Assembly: GCA_026418625.1 (NCBI GenBank)
Contig: JAOABA010000040.1
Coordinates: 51,978 to 115,977 of the forward strand
Length of the DNA: 64,000 nt
Direction: 5' to 3'
Source of the DNA: Candidatus Kapaibacterium sp.
GTDB taxonomy: Bacteria; Bacteroidota; Ignavibacteria; Kapaibacteriales; UBA2268
Below, in pieces: positions 1-8,452 of this stretch (positions are counted from its first letter, which is position 1; each line of letters opens with the position of its first letter). The translations under genes and the position numbers were made by a program. Under the pieces are notes generated by a model that was given only the letters and a program-made list of their open reading frames with translations, had not been told where the DNA came from and searched no databases.

Positions 1-537
1 AGAGCCCATCTGAGCATCACCCATTTCCCCTTCGATTTCAACTCTTGGTGTAAGTGCGGCAACAGAGTCTATAACGATAACGTCAATAGCACTGCTTCTA
101 ACAAGGGTTTCAACTATTTCGAGGGCTTGTTCCCCAAATTCGGGCTGGGATAAAAGCAGGGAATTAAGATCTATTCCGAGTCTTTGGCAATAATTTATAT
201 CAAGAGCATGCTCGGTATCAATAAAAGCAGCAAGACCACCCATTTTTTGAGCCTCGGCGATTACGTGTAACGAAACTGTGGTTTTTCCAGATGACTCAGG
301 TCCAAATATTTCGGTGATTCTGCCACGAGGGACCCCACCGATTCCAATAGCATTATCGAGGGAAAGGCAACCGGTTGAAATAGCATCAACCTGAACGATA
401 TTTGTATCGCTCAGTCTCATAATTGAGCCTTTACCGTGATTTTTCTCAATTTGCTCGATAGCAGATTTTACCGCTTTCAGTTTTTCTTCACTCATTTTTT
501 GAGGCTCAACCGCCTCTTTGCTTTCTTTAGTAGCCAT
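1..537 (-). CDS. recA: Recombinase RecA (N-terminal ~179 codons; 3' part lies outside the window)
   Basis: Reverse translation from the ATG at 535-537 gives [45 protein letters not shown] (Walker A)..[22 protein letters not shown]. The ORF stays open to position 1. Confidence 0.95.
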   Translation of the reverse strand, partial: MATKESKEAVEPQKMSEEKLKAVKSAIEQIEKNHGKGSIMRLSDTNIVQVDAISTGCLSLDNAIGIGGVPRGRITEIFGPESSGKTTVSLHVIAEAQKMGGLAAFIDTEHALDINYCQRLGIDLNSLLLSQPEFGEQALEIVETLVRSSAIDVIVIDSVAALTPRVEIEGEMGDAQMGS

Positions 538-629
538 TTTCATTATTAATTAATTTTCAAAAAATATAAATTTAAGTTACTAAAAAAGTTCGATTTTTTC
601 TTCGCAATTTCTAAATATGAATAAAACGC

Positions 630-1700
630 CTATTCAGTGAAATAAATTCCATTATATGAAAAGCTAAGTAGTAAGACTACTAATGCAATCCATCCTATTA
701 ATTTTCTTTTGGAATCTAGAACTGAATAATCATAAATAACGGGATGTTTAAGTTTAATAAAAAATCGTGTTATCAATCCCCAGAAAATCCAGCCACCCCA
801 TCCATTGAAATACCAAGGGACTGTTTTTTTGAGCCAACTCAAAACGGGTAGAATTGTGTTTTGTAGAAAAATATAAACCCCAGATGGATTGTCAAAACTT
901 AATAATTCATAAATCAGAGCGAGTATTGAACCAAAGCCTATGAGAATAATCAACCACCAGACATATTTTGCAATTTTATGCTGCTTTTCACCGAACATAG
1001 CATAAGTAACGTGACCACCGTCAAGTTGTCCAAGAGGAAGCATATTCAAAGCTGTAACAAATAATCCAAACCAACCAACACACAAAAAAGGATAATGGTA
1101 GATCTCGTTCATTGGTGGGAGCCATCCATTTGGATTTGCAAAAACGCTACTTAAAAATGAATAAAGTAGAGTATCACCGAAATGAAGACCTGTATCCAAA
1201 ACACCTGTTATTTGGTATTGAGGATGGATTGTGAATATGAATTCTTTTGGTGGTAGGGTTTGAAGTCCAATAATTAGAAAAATCAAACAAACAATGAAAC
1301 CAGATATAGGACCAGCAACACCTATATCAAAAAGGGCTTTCTTACTTGTAATGGGACTTCGTGTTTTGATAACAGCACCAAAAGTTCCAAAAAGCATAAT
1401 TTCTGGGAAAGGAACAGGGATATAATATGGCAAAGTTGCATCGACTTTATGAAATCTGGCAGCAAAATAATGACCGAACTCGTGTGCGGAAAGAAAAGTT
1501 AAAATCAAAACCGCATAGGTAAGCCCTGACGACCAATTTGCTATATCTAAATAATTTTGCCCAGCCCAAAGTGTTCCAGCAATAGTGCAAGTGAGAAATG
1601 TGGCAAGGAATAGCAAAAGATGAATACTCCAATGAGTTTTTTTAGGCTTAACGTAATAAGGTTCATTTTCTAAATATCTTGCCGAATATGGATTATTCAT
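630..1700 (-). CDS. M50 family (site-2 protease-like) membrane metallopeptidase
   Basis: HEFGHYF (HExxH) lies in a TM segment. A second motif, NMLPLGQLDGGH, matches NxxPxxxLDG. The protein is multi-pass and hydrophobic. Confidence 0.8.
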   Translation of the reverse strand: MNNPYSARYLENEPYYVKPKKTHWSIHLLLFLATFLTCTIAGTLWAGQNYLDIANWSSGLTYAVLILTFLSAHEFGHYFAARFHKVDATLPYYIPVPFPEIMLFGTFGAVIKTRSPITSKKALFDIGVAGPISGFIVCLIFLIIGLQTLPPKEFIFTIHPQYQITGVLDTGLHFGDTLLYSFLSSVFANPNGWLPPMNEIYHYPFLCVGWFGLFVTALNMLPLGQLDGGHVTYAMFGEKQHKIAKYVWWLIILIGFGSILALIYELLSFDNPSGVYIFLQNTILPVLSWLKKTVPWYFNGWGGWIFWGLITRFFIKLKHPVIYDYSVLDSKRKLIGWIALVVLLLSFSYNGIYFTE

Positions 1701-1705
1701 TTTGA

Positions 1706-2110
1706 TTACCTGACTTCCTTTGTCTTATTATTATAAGTAATAATTCCCGTTTCGCTAATTTTTAAATTTGTTTCTCTCATTGAAAAGCGAAAATCAATAA
1801 ATTTATCGAAAATTCTATCTTTTATTTTTGATTCCGATTGAAAATTAAAAACTGTCATTTTAAAATTATTTTTTATCAGCATTTTTTTCAGTAAATCACT
1901 CAAAAATCGGAAAATTTTTCTTTTATCATAATTGAAACCAACTTTAAGAAAAAAATATCCATTTATGAAACCAATAATTGAAATAATTAATCCGTAAACT
2001 CTTGCAGTAGAGACAGTTACAGATGAAGATACAATACTAAAATTTATTGAAATCAATAAAGTTGATAAAAGAATCCAAATAATGCCAATGATTGTCAGAA
2101 TATACTTCAC
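1706..2110 (-). CDS. Hypothetical small membrane protein (2 predicted TM segments plus a charged C-terminal tail)
   Basis: 134-aa ORF with hydrophobic N-terminal half. It lies 1 nt from the upstream ORF and is very AT-rich. No recognisable motif. Confidence 0.4.
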   Translation of the reverse strand: MKYILTIIGIIWILLSTLLISINFSIVSSSVTVSTARVYGLIISIIGFINGYFFLKVGFNYDKRKIFRFLSDLLKKMLIKNNFKMTVFNFQSESKIKDRIFDKFIDFRFSMRETNLKISETGIITYNNKTKEVR

Positions 2111-2111
2111 A

Positions 2112-2549
2112 TTAAATGTTGAAATATTTATGTAAATAATACCAAATTTGGTTGAAATTTCCGTTTAGTGCATCAAAAATTTCGACATAAATAAACAAAA
2201 GAAATGAAATTACAAAATATGAAATTACTATCACTCTTATTCTTTTTTTCTTTTTATGAATGTCAGATTCCGGATCATTTAGTAATTTAAAAAAAAATCT
2301 ATATCTGTCTTTATGCAAAAATATAAGGTAATTAACAATCACAAGGATAATAAAAACAATAAGACTGACCAATTTTAATATTAAATGTAATTTGTAAATA
2401 GCATTTATATAAATTATTAATGTAGCTATATTTAATCCTTGAAAAAAAGATAAAATAAAGACAACCAAGATACTTTTGTTGAAGTTATCTTTTTCGAATT
2501 TGAAAAAGGACAAAAGCCCAAGATAAATACTATGATAAAATTTAAGCAC
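2112..2549 (-). CDS. Hypothetical small membrane protein (~4 TM segments)
   Basis: 145-aa ORF with four hydrophobic stretches and a KKKKR loop. Sampled lines are about 18-30% GC. No recognisable motif. Confidence 0.4.
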   Translation of the reverse strand: MLKFYHSIYLGLLSFFKFEKDNFNKSILVVFILSFFQGLNIATLIIYINAIYKLHLILKLVSLIVFIILVIVNYLIFLHKDRYRFFFKLLNDPESDIHKKKKRIRVIVISYFVISFLLFIYVEIFDALNGNFNQIWYYLHKYFNI

Positions 2550-2565
2550 TTAGCACCAAAAATTT

Positions 2566-4077
2566 TTAAGTTTTAGACTTTTCGGGTCTCATTTGTGGGA
2601 AAAACAAAACATCTCTAATTGATTTTTCTCCTGTGAGAAGCATAACAAGTCTGTCAATTCCAATTCCGAGACCAGCAGTAGGAGGCATACCAACTTCTAG
2701 AGCATAGAGAAAGTCCTCATCAACAACCATTGCTTCTTCATCCCCACCAGCACGTAGGAGAGCTTGCTCTTCGAGCCTTTGCCTTTGGTCTCGAGGGTCG
2801 TTCAGTTCCGAGAAAGCGTTCGCAACTTCGAATCCAGCGATAAAAAGTTCAAATCTCTCAACAATTCCATCCTCAGTTCTGTGTTTTTTTGCCAAAGGTG
2901 ACATTTCCACCGGATAATCAATCATAAAAGTTGGTTGAATTAAATTTGGCTGAACTTTGACAGAAAAAATTTCGTCCAGAATTTTCATTGCACCTGCTTT
3001 TTCATCAATTTCGACATTGAGCTTTTTTGCAGCACTGTAAAGTTCATCTCTCGATAGATTTCTGAGGTTCATTCCTGTATATTCAAGAAGTAGGTCATAC
3101 ATTTTAGCCCTTCTGAAAGGTTTTTCAAGTTTTATTTCCTTGCCGTCATATTCCAGTATTTCAGTCCCGTTAACTTTTTTGGCAATCGTTATCAGAAGGT
3201 CCTCGGTCATATCCATCATCCAGTTATAATCTTTGTAGGCAACATAGATTTCCATTGAGGTAAATTCGGGATTATGCATTCTGTCCATACCTTCATTTCT
3301 GAAATTTTTGCTGATTTCATAAACCCCCTCGAACCCCCCAACAATCAATCTTTTCAGGTAAAGTTCATCGGCAATTCTCAAGTATAAATCAATATCGAGA
3401 GCATTATGATGAGTAATGAATGGTCGTGCCGTAGCTCCACCATATAATGGCTGAAGGATTGGCGTTTCGACTTCCAACCAGCCACGAGAGTCAAAATAAT
3501 GACGCATTTCGGTGATGATTTTTGCTCTCTTTTTAAAAGTATCACGAATATGATGATTGACAATCAAATCGAGATATCTTTTTCGATAGCGTTGCTCAAC
3601 GTCCGCAAAGGCGTCATATACAATTTTGTTTCCTTCCTCATCAATTTCTTCTTTTGGCGTGGGAAGAACCCTAAGAGATTTGCAAAGAATTTCGACTTTT
3701 TTAGCGTGAACAGTAATTTCGCCCATCCTTGTCCTAAAGACAAAACCTTCAACGCCAATTATATCGCCAATATCCAATAGCTTAAGTTTATCATAAAAAT
3801 CCGGCAGGTCATTTTGCTTAAAATATATTTGAATTTTATCGCTTTCGTCCCGAATATCGCAAAATGTTGCCTTTCCCATTGTTCTAATTGTCATAATTCG
3901 ACCTGCAACACTCACATTTGCGAAGGGAGATGGGTCTTCGTCCCTGAAATTAGTTTGTATCTCTTTATTGGATATTGTTTTATTGAATGAATAAGGGAAA
4001 ACATTTATCCCTAAACGCTCGAGTTCCTCGAGCTCTTCTAATCTTCTTAATTCCTGATCGTTTCGTTGTAAACTCAT
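2566..4077 (-). CDS. lysS: Lysine--tRNA ligase, class II
   Basis: 503 aa. An OB-fold N-terminal domain is followed by class II motifs (..[32 protein letters not shown]..; ..[13 protein letters not shown]..). Confidence 0.95.
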   Translation of the reverse strand: MSLQRNDQELRRLEELEELERLGINVFPYSFNKTISNKEIQTNFRDEDPSPFANVSVAGRIMTIRTMGKATFCDIRDESDKIQIYFKQNDLPDFYDKLKLLDIGDIIGVEGFVFRTRMGEITVHAKKVEILCKSLRVLPTPKEEIDEEGNKIVYDAFADVEQRYRKRYLDLIVNHHIRDTFKKRAKIITEMRHYFDSRGWLEVETPILQPLYGGATARPFITHHNALDIDLYLRIADELYLKRLIVGGFEGVYEISKNFRNEGMDRMHNPEFTSMEIYVAYKDYNWMMDMTEDLLITIAKKVNGTEILEYDGKEIKLEKPFRRAKMYDLLLEYTGMNLRNLSRDELYSAAKKLNVEIDEKAGAMKILDEIFSVKVQPNLIQPTFMIDYPVEMSPLAKKHRTEDGIVERFELFIAGFEVANAFSELNDPRDQRQRLEEQALLRAGGDEEAMVVDEDFLYALEVGMPPTAGLGIGIDRLVMLLTGEKSIRDVLFFPQMRPEKSKT

Positions 4078-4262
4078 TTATTTCACGTATTTTAAAAAAT
4101 TGAAAAATATAAATTTAAGAATTTTAAGATTAATGAGTTGGAAAAAAATTGTATTTGCAATATTTATGCTATTTCATAATTGCTTTAATTTGATATAAAA
4201 CAGATTTTTGTAATTAAACTCAAAATCATTAATTTGTTTTTTTAAACAAGAAATCATTAAAT

Positions 4263-5258
4263 CTGTCAAATTATCCTGATATATCGGTTATTGTAGCTTC
4301 AAGGAATGAGGAAAAATATATTTCCTTATGCTTGGATTCACTCTTAAATCAAACTTATAAGGGAAGGATTATTATTATTGTTGTTGATGGGATGTCAGAG
4401 GACAAGAGTCAATCTATAGTTGAGGAATATATCAAAAATTATGACAATATCATACTTTTGAAAAATGAAGGAGTAAATCAGGCTATTGGCAGAAATCTTG
4501 GCTTTACTTATGCCAAAACTGAGCTAGTTGCATATATTGACGCACATAGTTATGCCGAGAAAGATTGGCTTGAAGAGCTTTACACAGCTTATAATAAGTT
4601 GGCTGAAAATGATGATAGAATTATCGGTGTAGGCAGTATCTATAGAAATGCAGAGAACAACAATTTTACGCTGGCAGCTGAAATTGCTTTTGAAAGTGTC
4701 ATAATAGGGACTACCAAAGCTTCATTTCTTAAAAGGGAAAATATATCAAAGGTTGATAATGCCTATGCTTGTCTTTATAGCAAAACGAAATTGATTGAGG
4801 CAGGGTTATACAATCCGGAGCTGAAAATCGGCGAGGATATGGAATTGAACAACAGACTGACATATAAACTTGGGTATAATCTTTATGTAAATCCGAACGC
4901 AATAACATATTATTTCCGCAGAAACTCTGTATTGGGGATTTTCAAACAACAAATGAATTATGGCTATTGGCGGCTGAAAGTTCTGAATCAATTGAAAATG
5001 TTCAATTTGAAAGTAATCGCTCCTGCTGTTTTTCTTATGACATTGGGGGTTTTATTTTTGGCAAGTTTTTTTTCAAAATTTGTCTTAATTTTATTTCTGA
5101 CGGTAGTAACTTTTTATATAACAATTATTTTAATTGCTACGATTTATTATTCAATTAAAAATAGAAAATTTTTGGGCTGGTTGGTTTTCATTTTTCCTGC
5201 AATACATTTTGGCTATGGTGCTGGTGTAATGCGGGGAATAATTAAGGGGAATTTTTGA
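4263..5258 (+). CDS. Family 2 glycosyltransferase with C-terminal TM segments (start codon uncertain)
   Basis: The track ORF starts at TTG 4332. The conserved GT2 N-terminus (..YPDISVIVASRNEEKYISLCLDSLLNQTY..VVDGMSEDKS..) continues in frame upstream to the stop at 4230-4232, with no ATG/GTG/TTG in frame. CTG at 4263 is the only candidate start. Confidence 0.75.
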   Translation: MSNYPDISVIVASRNEEKYISLCLDSLLNQTYKGRIIIIVVDGMSEDKSQSIVEEYIKNYDNIILLKNEGVNQAIGRNLGFTYAKTELVAYIDAHSYAEKDWLEELYTAYNKLAENDDRIIGVGSIYRNAENNNFTLAAEIAFESVIIGTTKASFLKRENISKVDNAYACLYSKTKLIEAGLYNPELKIGEDMELNNRLTYKLGYNLYVNPNAITYYFRRNSVLGIFKQQMNYGYWRLKVLNQLKMFNLKVIAPAVFLMTLGVLFLASFFSKFVLILFLTVVTFYITIILIATIYYSIKNRKFLGWLVFIFPAIHFGYGAGVMRGIIKGNF

Positions 5259-5283
5259 GAAATAAAAAATAACAAGAAATAAG

Positions 5284-6399
5284 ATGGAAATAACTGCAAA
5301 AATTACTGGAATAGAGTATAAACCTGTTTTAATAAGTAAGTTATCGGAATTTAATTATAATAAAAGTAATTTCTTCAATAACTTTGACGTTAACAAATTG
5401 CCTTCTTGTTGTATGGTAAATTTTGATAATTTTTCATTTGGACTATCAAAATGGGTATCACCAAAAAGGACACGTTCTTATCCTTATGAGAGAGTCTATA
5501 ATACTTTAGGTTGTAGTAAGCGAATAACGATAATACCAGTTATTAAAGATGAAGGGAAAAATGGAGATAGAGATTTTATACAATGGGATACAATTTCATT
5601 GATGAGTTTACTTGATGTTTATATAGTATTTACTTATTATAATGATGCTGAAATTAATTATAAGAAAGAAAATAAAATCACTAAACAAAAATACTGCAAC
5701 GAATTAGTCAAGCAAAAGATTGATGAAATAAAAAACTACCATAGTTCTGCATTACATTGGAATTTGAAGGAAATTGATGAGTCATTTGATAAGTTAATTG
5801 AAAAAGTAAAACAATCATATCAAATTTTATCCAACAAATTAAATATCGATTTTCACAATGAGTCTGGTATTGATAACTATTATGAGCAATTTCATAAAGG
5901 AGTAGAAGAATTCAAGTCATTTTCAAGGAGAAAAGCGAAGGGGGCTCAAAATCGTGAAAGTTTGACTATTCAACCAAAAGAAGCTTTATCTACTTTGTCC
6001 AAAGCTACGATAACAATAAAAAATTATCTTGGTGGGATTTATTATTTTACTGTTGATGAGATCAAAATAGTTAATGATAACATTTTCCTCATAGAAACAA
6101 AGCATTCAAATCGTTCTTTGATCCCAAGTGCAAGAGATATTAAAGATGGTTTATTAAAGATGATTTTATTCACAAATCTGAAAGATATTAAAATATTAAC
6201 AAAAAAATATAAATCAACTCCTATTTTAAAATTAACATCTTCAAAATTAACAAAAGGTATTACATCTAATAATTCCGATGTTGTCTTTCAAAAATTTAAA
6301 AAAGATAATAATCTAACTTATAAACAAGGAGTTTTGATTAACAATCTTTTAGAAGAAGCAAGGTATAATAGTTTTAAATTAATAATAGAAAATTACTAA
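5284..6399 (+). CDS. Putative type II restriction endonuclease, partner of the adjacent Dam-like methyltransferase
   Basis: 371-aa ORF located 7 nt upstream of a D12-class methyltransferase on the same strand. A candidate PD-(D/E)xK signature is ..VDEIKIVNDNIFLIETKHS.. (D...ExK). About 27% GC on a sampled line. No family assignment is possible by eye. Confidence 0.45.
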   Translation: MEITAKITGIEYKPVLISKLSEFNYNKSNFFNNFDVNKLPSCCMVNFDNFSFGLSKWVSPKRTRSYPYERVYNTLGCSKRITIIPVIKDEGKNGDRDFIQWDTISLMSLLDVYIVFTYYNDAEINYKKENKITKQKYCNELVKQKIDEIKNYHSSALHWNLKEIDESFDKLIEKVKQSYQILSNKLNIDFHNESGIDNYYEQFHKGVEEFKSFSRRKAKGAQNRESLTIQPKEALSTLSKATITIKNYLGGIYYFTVDEIKIVNDNIFLIETKHSNRSLIPSARDIKDGLLKMILFTNLKDIKILTKKYKSTPILKLTSSKLTKGITSNNSDVVFQKFKKDNNLTYKQGVLINNLLEEARYNSFKLIIENY

Positions 6400-6406
6400 T
6401 TAGATT

Positions 6407-7255
6407 ATGATAAATAGCCCGTTGAGATATCCCGGTGGTAAAAGTAAAGCTGTAAAATACATTGCACCCTTTATACCAGATTTTGATGAATATAGAGAGC
6501 CTTTTTTAGGGGGTGGCTCGATGTTTATTTATCTTAAACAAAGATTTCCTGAAAAAAAATTTCTGATAAATGATATTTATGAGAACCTGTATCTTTTCTG
6601 GAAGAATATGCAATCGTATCCTGATTTGGTTATAAATCAAATACAAGATTGGAAAGACAATTTTAAAAATGGCAAAGAACTTCATAAATATCTGATTGAT
6701 AATATTGAAATTTTCAATGAAATAAAAAGAGCAGCTGCTTTTTTTGTTATAAATCGTATCACATTTTCTGGAACTTCTGAAAGTGGCGGGTTTTCTGAGT
6801 CTGCATTTCAAAAAAGGTTTACTCAAACAAGCATAGAGAGATTAAAAAAAATACCAAAAATTTTAAATGATACAATTATTACAAATATGGATTATCAAAG
6901 AGTAATTGAATTAAAGGGTAATAATGTTTTTATATTTTTAGATCCACCATACTTTTCAACAGCTAAGTCAGCTTTATATGGAAAAAATGGAAATTTACAT
7001 AAATCTTTTGATCATAAAAGATTTGCTGAATTAATGAAAAACATTCATCATAAATGGTTAATAACTTACGACGATAGTGATTATATAAGAGATTTATTCT
7101 CTTTTGCTAACATTAAAGAATTACAATTAACTTATGGAATGAGAAATGTGGGAAAAGTTATTGATCAAAAAAGAAAGGAATTATTAATTTCAAATTATCC
7201 TTTAAAAAATGAAATCGCTGAATTTTCATTATTCTCAGATGTTTATTGCGAATGA
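6407..7255 (+). CDS. N6-adenine DNA methyltransferase, D12 (Dam-like) class
   Basis: N-terminal ..LRYPGGKSKAVKYI..EPFLGGGSMF (SAM-binding motif I region) and catalytic FLDPPY (DPPY motif IV). Confidence 0.85.
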   Translation: MINSPLRYPGGKSKAVKYIAPFIPDFDEYREPFLGGGSMFIYLKQRFPEKKFLINDIYENLYLFWKNMQSYPDLVINQIQDWKDNFKNGKELHKYLIDNIEIFNEIKRAAAFFVINRITFSGTSESGGFSESAFQKRFTQTSIERLKKIPKILNDTIITNMDYQRVIELKGNNVFIFLDPPYFSTAKSALYGKNGNLHKSFDHKRFAELMKNIHHKWLITYDDSDYIRDLFSFANIKELQLTYGMRNVGKVIDQKRKELLISNYPLKNEIAEFSLFSDVYCE

Positions 7256-7276
7256 ATTTTAGCTTAATACTTAATA

Positions 7277-8452
7277 GTGAATTTAATCATCAATACCTCG
7301 AAAAAACATATTTGCATTTTTAATGCTCTTTATTATCCTCATACAGGTGGGGTGGAAAGATATGTTCATCAGCTTGCTCTTCATTTGACTGAAAAAGATA
7401 TTGATGTTACTATAGTTACTTTTAACACTGAAAATGTCAGTCCCTTTGAAATAACTGAAAATTTGAAAATTTACAGGCTTCCTTCCATCAATTTTCTTGG
7501 TGGGAGATATCCTTTGCCAAAATACAACAAAGAATATTTTAGATTGAAAAAGGAAATCGAGGCGATTGGTTTTGATTTTATCATTACCAATATGCGTTTC
7601 TATCTTTCCTCTCTAATTGCAGCAAAAATTGCAAGGAGAAAAAAAATTCCAATCTTATTAATTGAGCATACTACTGGTCATTTCACCGTTAATAATAAAC
7701 TTTTCGATTGGATTGGTCACCATTATGAGCATTTTATTTCAAATCTGATTAAAAAACGTGTTAACTATTTTTATGGAGTATCAAAAGCTTGTAGCAATTG
7801 GCTTACCCATTTCGGAATAAATTCAAACGGTGAAATATTCAATGGGGTTGATTGTGATTATAAAATAAAAAGTTATTTCGATATTAGAGAAAAATTTAAT
7901 CTTCCTGATGACTCAATAATTCTGTTTTTTGCAGGTAGATTGATTTTAGAAAAGGGAATTTTATTCCTTGCTGAAGCCGTCAAAGAATTAAGCCCAAAAA
8001 TTGATAATCTTTATCTTTTTATCGCAGGTGTCGGTCCTTTATACGATGAGATTAAAAGAAAATATGGAAATTCTAAAAATATTATTCTTTTGAATCAAAT
8101 AGAATATGACGCTGTAATGACTTTCCTTAAACAGACTGATATTGTGGTCATACCATCTTATTATCCTGAAGGTTTGCCAACTCTTATTCTCGAAGCCGGA
8201 GCAAGTAAATGTCCTGTTATTTCAACGCCTATGGGAGGTGCAAAAGAAATAATTACAGATGTAAATTACGGACTTATTATTGAACCAAAAAATGTTGAAG
8301 AACTGAAAAAAGCAATTATTTTTTTGATTGAAAATCCTGATAAAAGAGAGACAATCGGGGAAAATCTTCATAGAAGAATTTGCGAAAAATATGATTGGAA
8401 TATTATTACTGATAATCTACTTACAGAACTTGATAAAATAAAAAATGATTAA
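7277..8452 (+). CDS. GT4/GT1-type glycosyltransferase
   Basis: GTG start. The N-terminus has ..YYPHTGGVERYV.. and the C-terminus has EX7E-type ..YYPEGLPTLILEAGASKCPVISTPMGGAKEII.. Confidence 0.8.
   Translation: MNLIINTSKKHICIFNALYYPHTGGVERYVHQLALHLTEKDIDVTIVTFNTENVSPFEITENLKIYRLPSINFLGGRYPLPKYNKEYFRLKKEIEAIGFDFIITNMRFYLSSLIAAKIARRKKIPILLIEHTTGHFTVNNKLFDWIGHHYEHFISNLIKKRVNYFYGVSKACSNWLTHFGINSNGEIFNGVDCDYKIKSYFDIREKFNLPDDSIILFFAGRLILEKGILFLAEAVKELSPKIDNLYLFIAGVGPLYDEIKRKYGNSKNIILLNQIEYDAVMTFLKQTDIVVIPSYYPEGLPTLILEAGASKCPVISTPMGGAKEIITDVNYGLIIEPKNVEELKKAIIFLIENPDKRETIGENLHRRICEKYDWNIITDNLLTELDKIKND

Noticed and set aside
4078-4331. Riboswitch or T-box leader upstream of lysS, or other structured RNA
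   Set aside because: The region is AT-rich. I could find no conserved stem architecture or specifier/T-box-like sequence.
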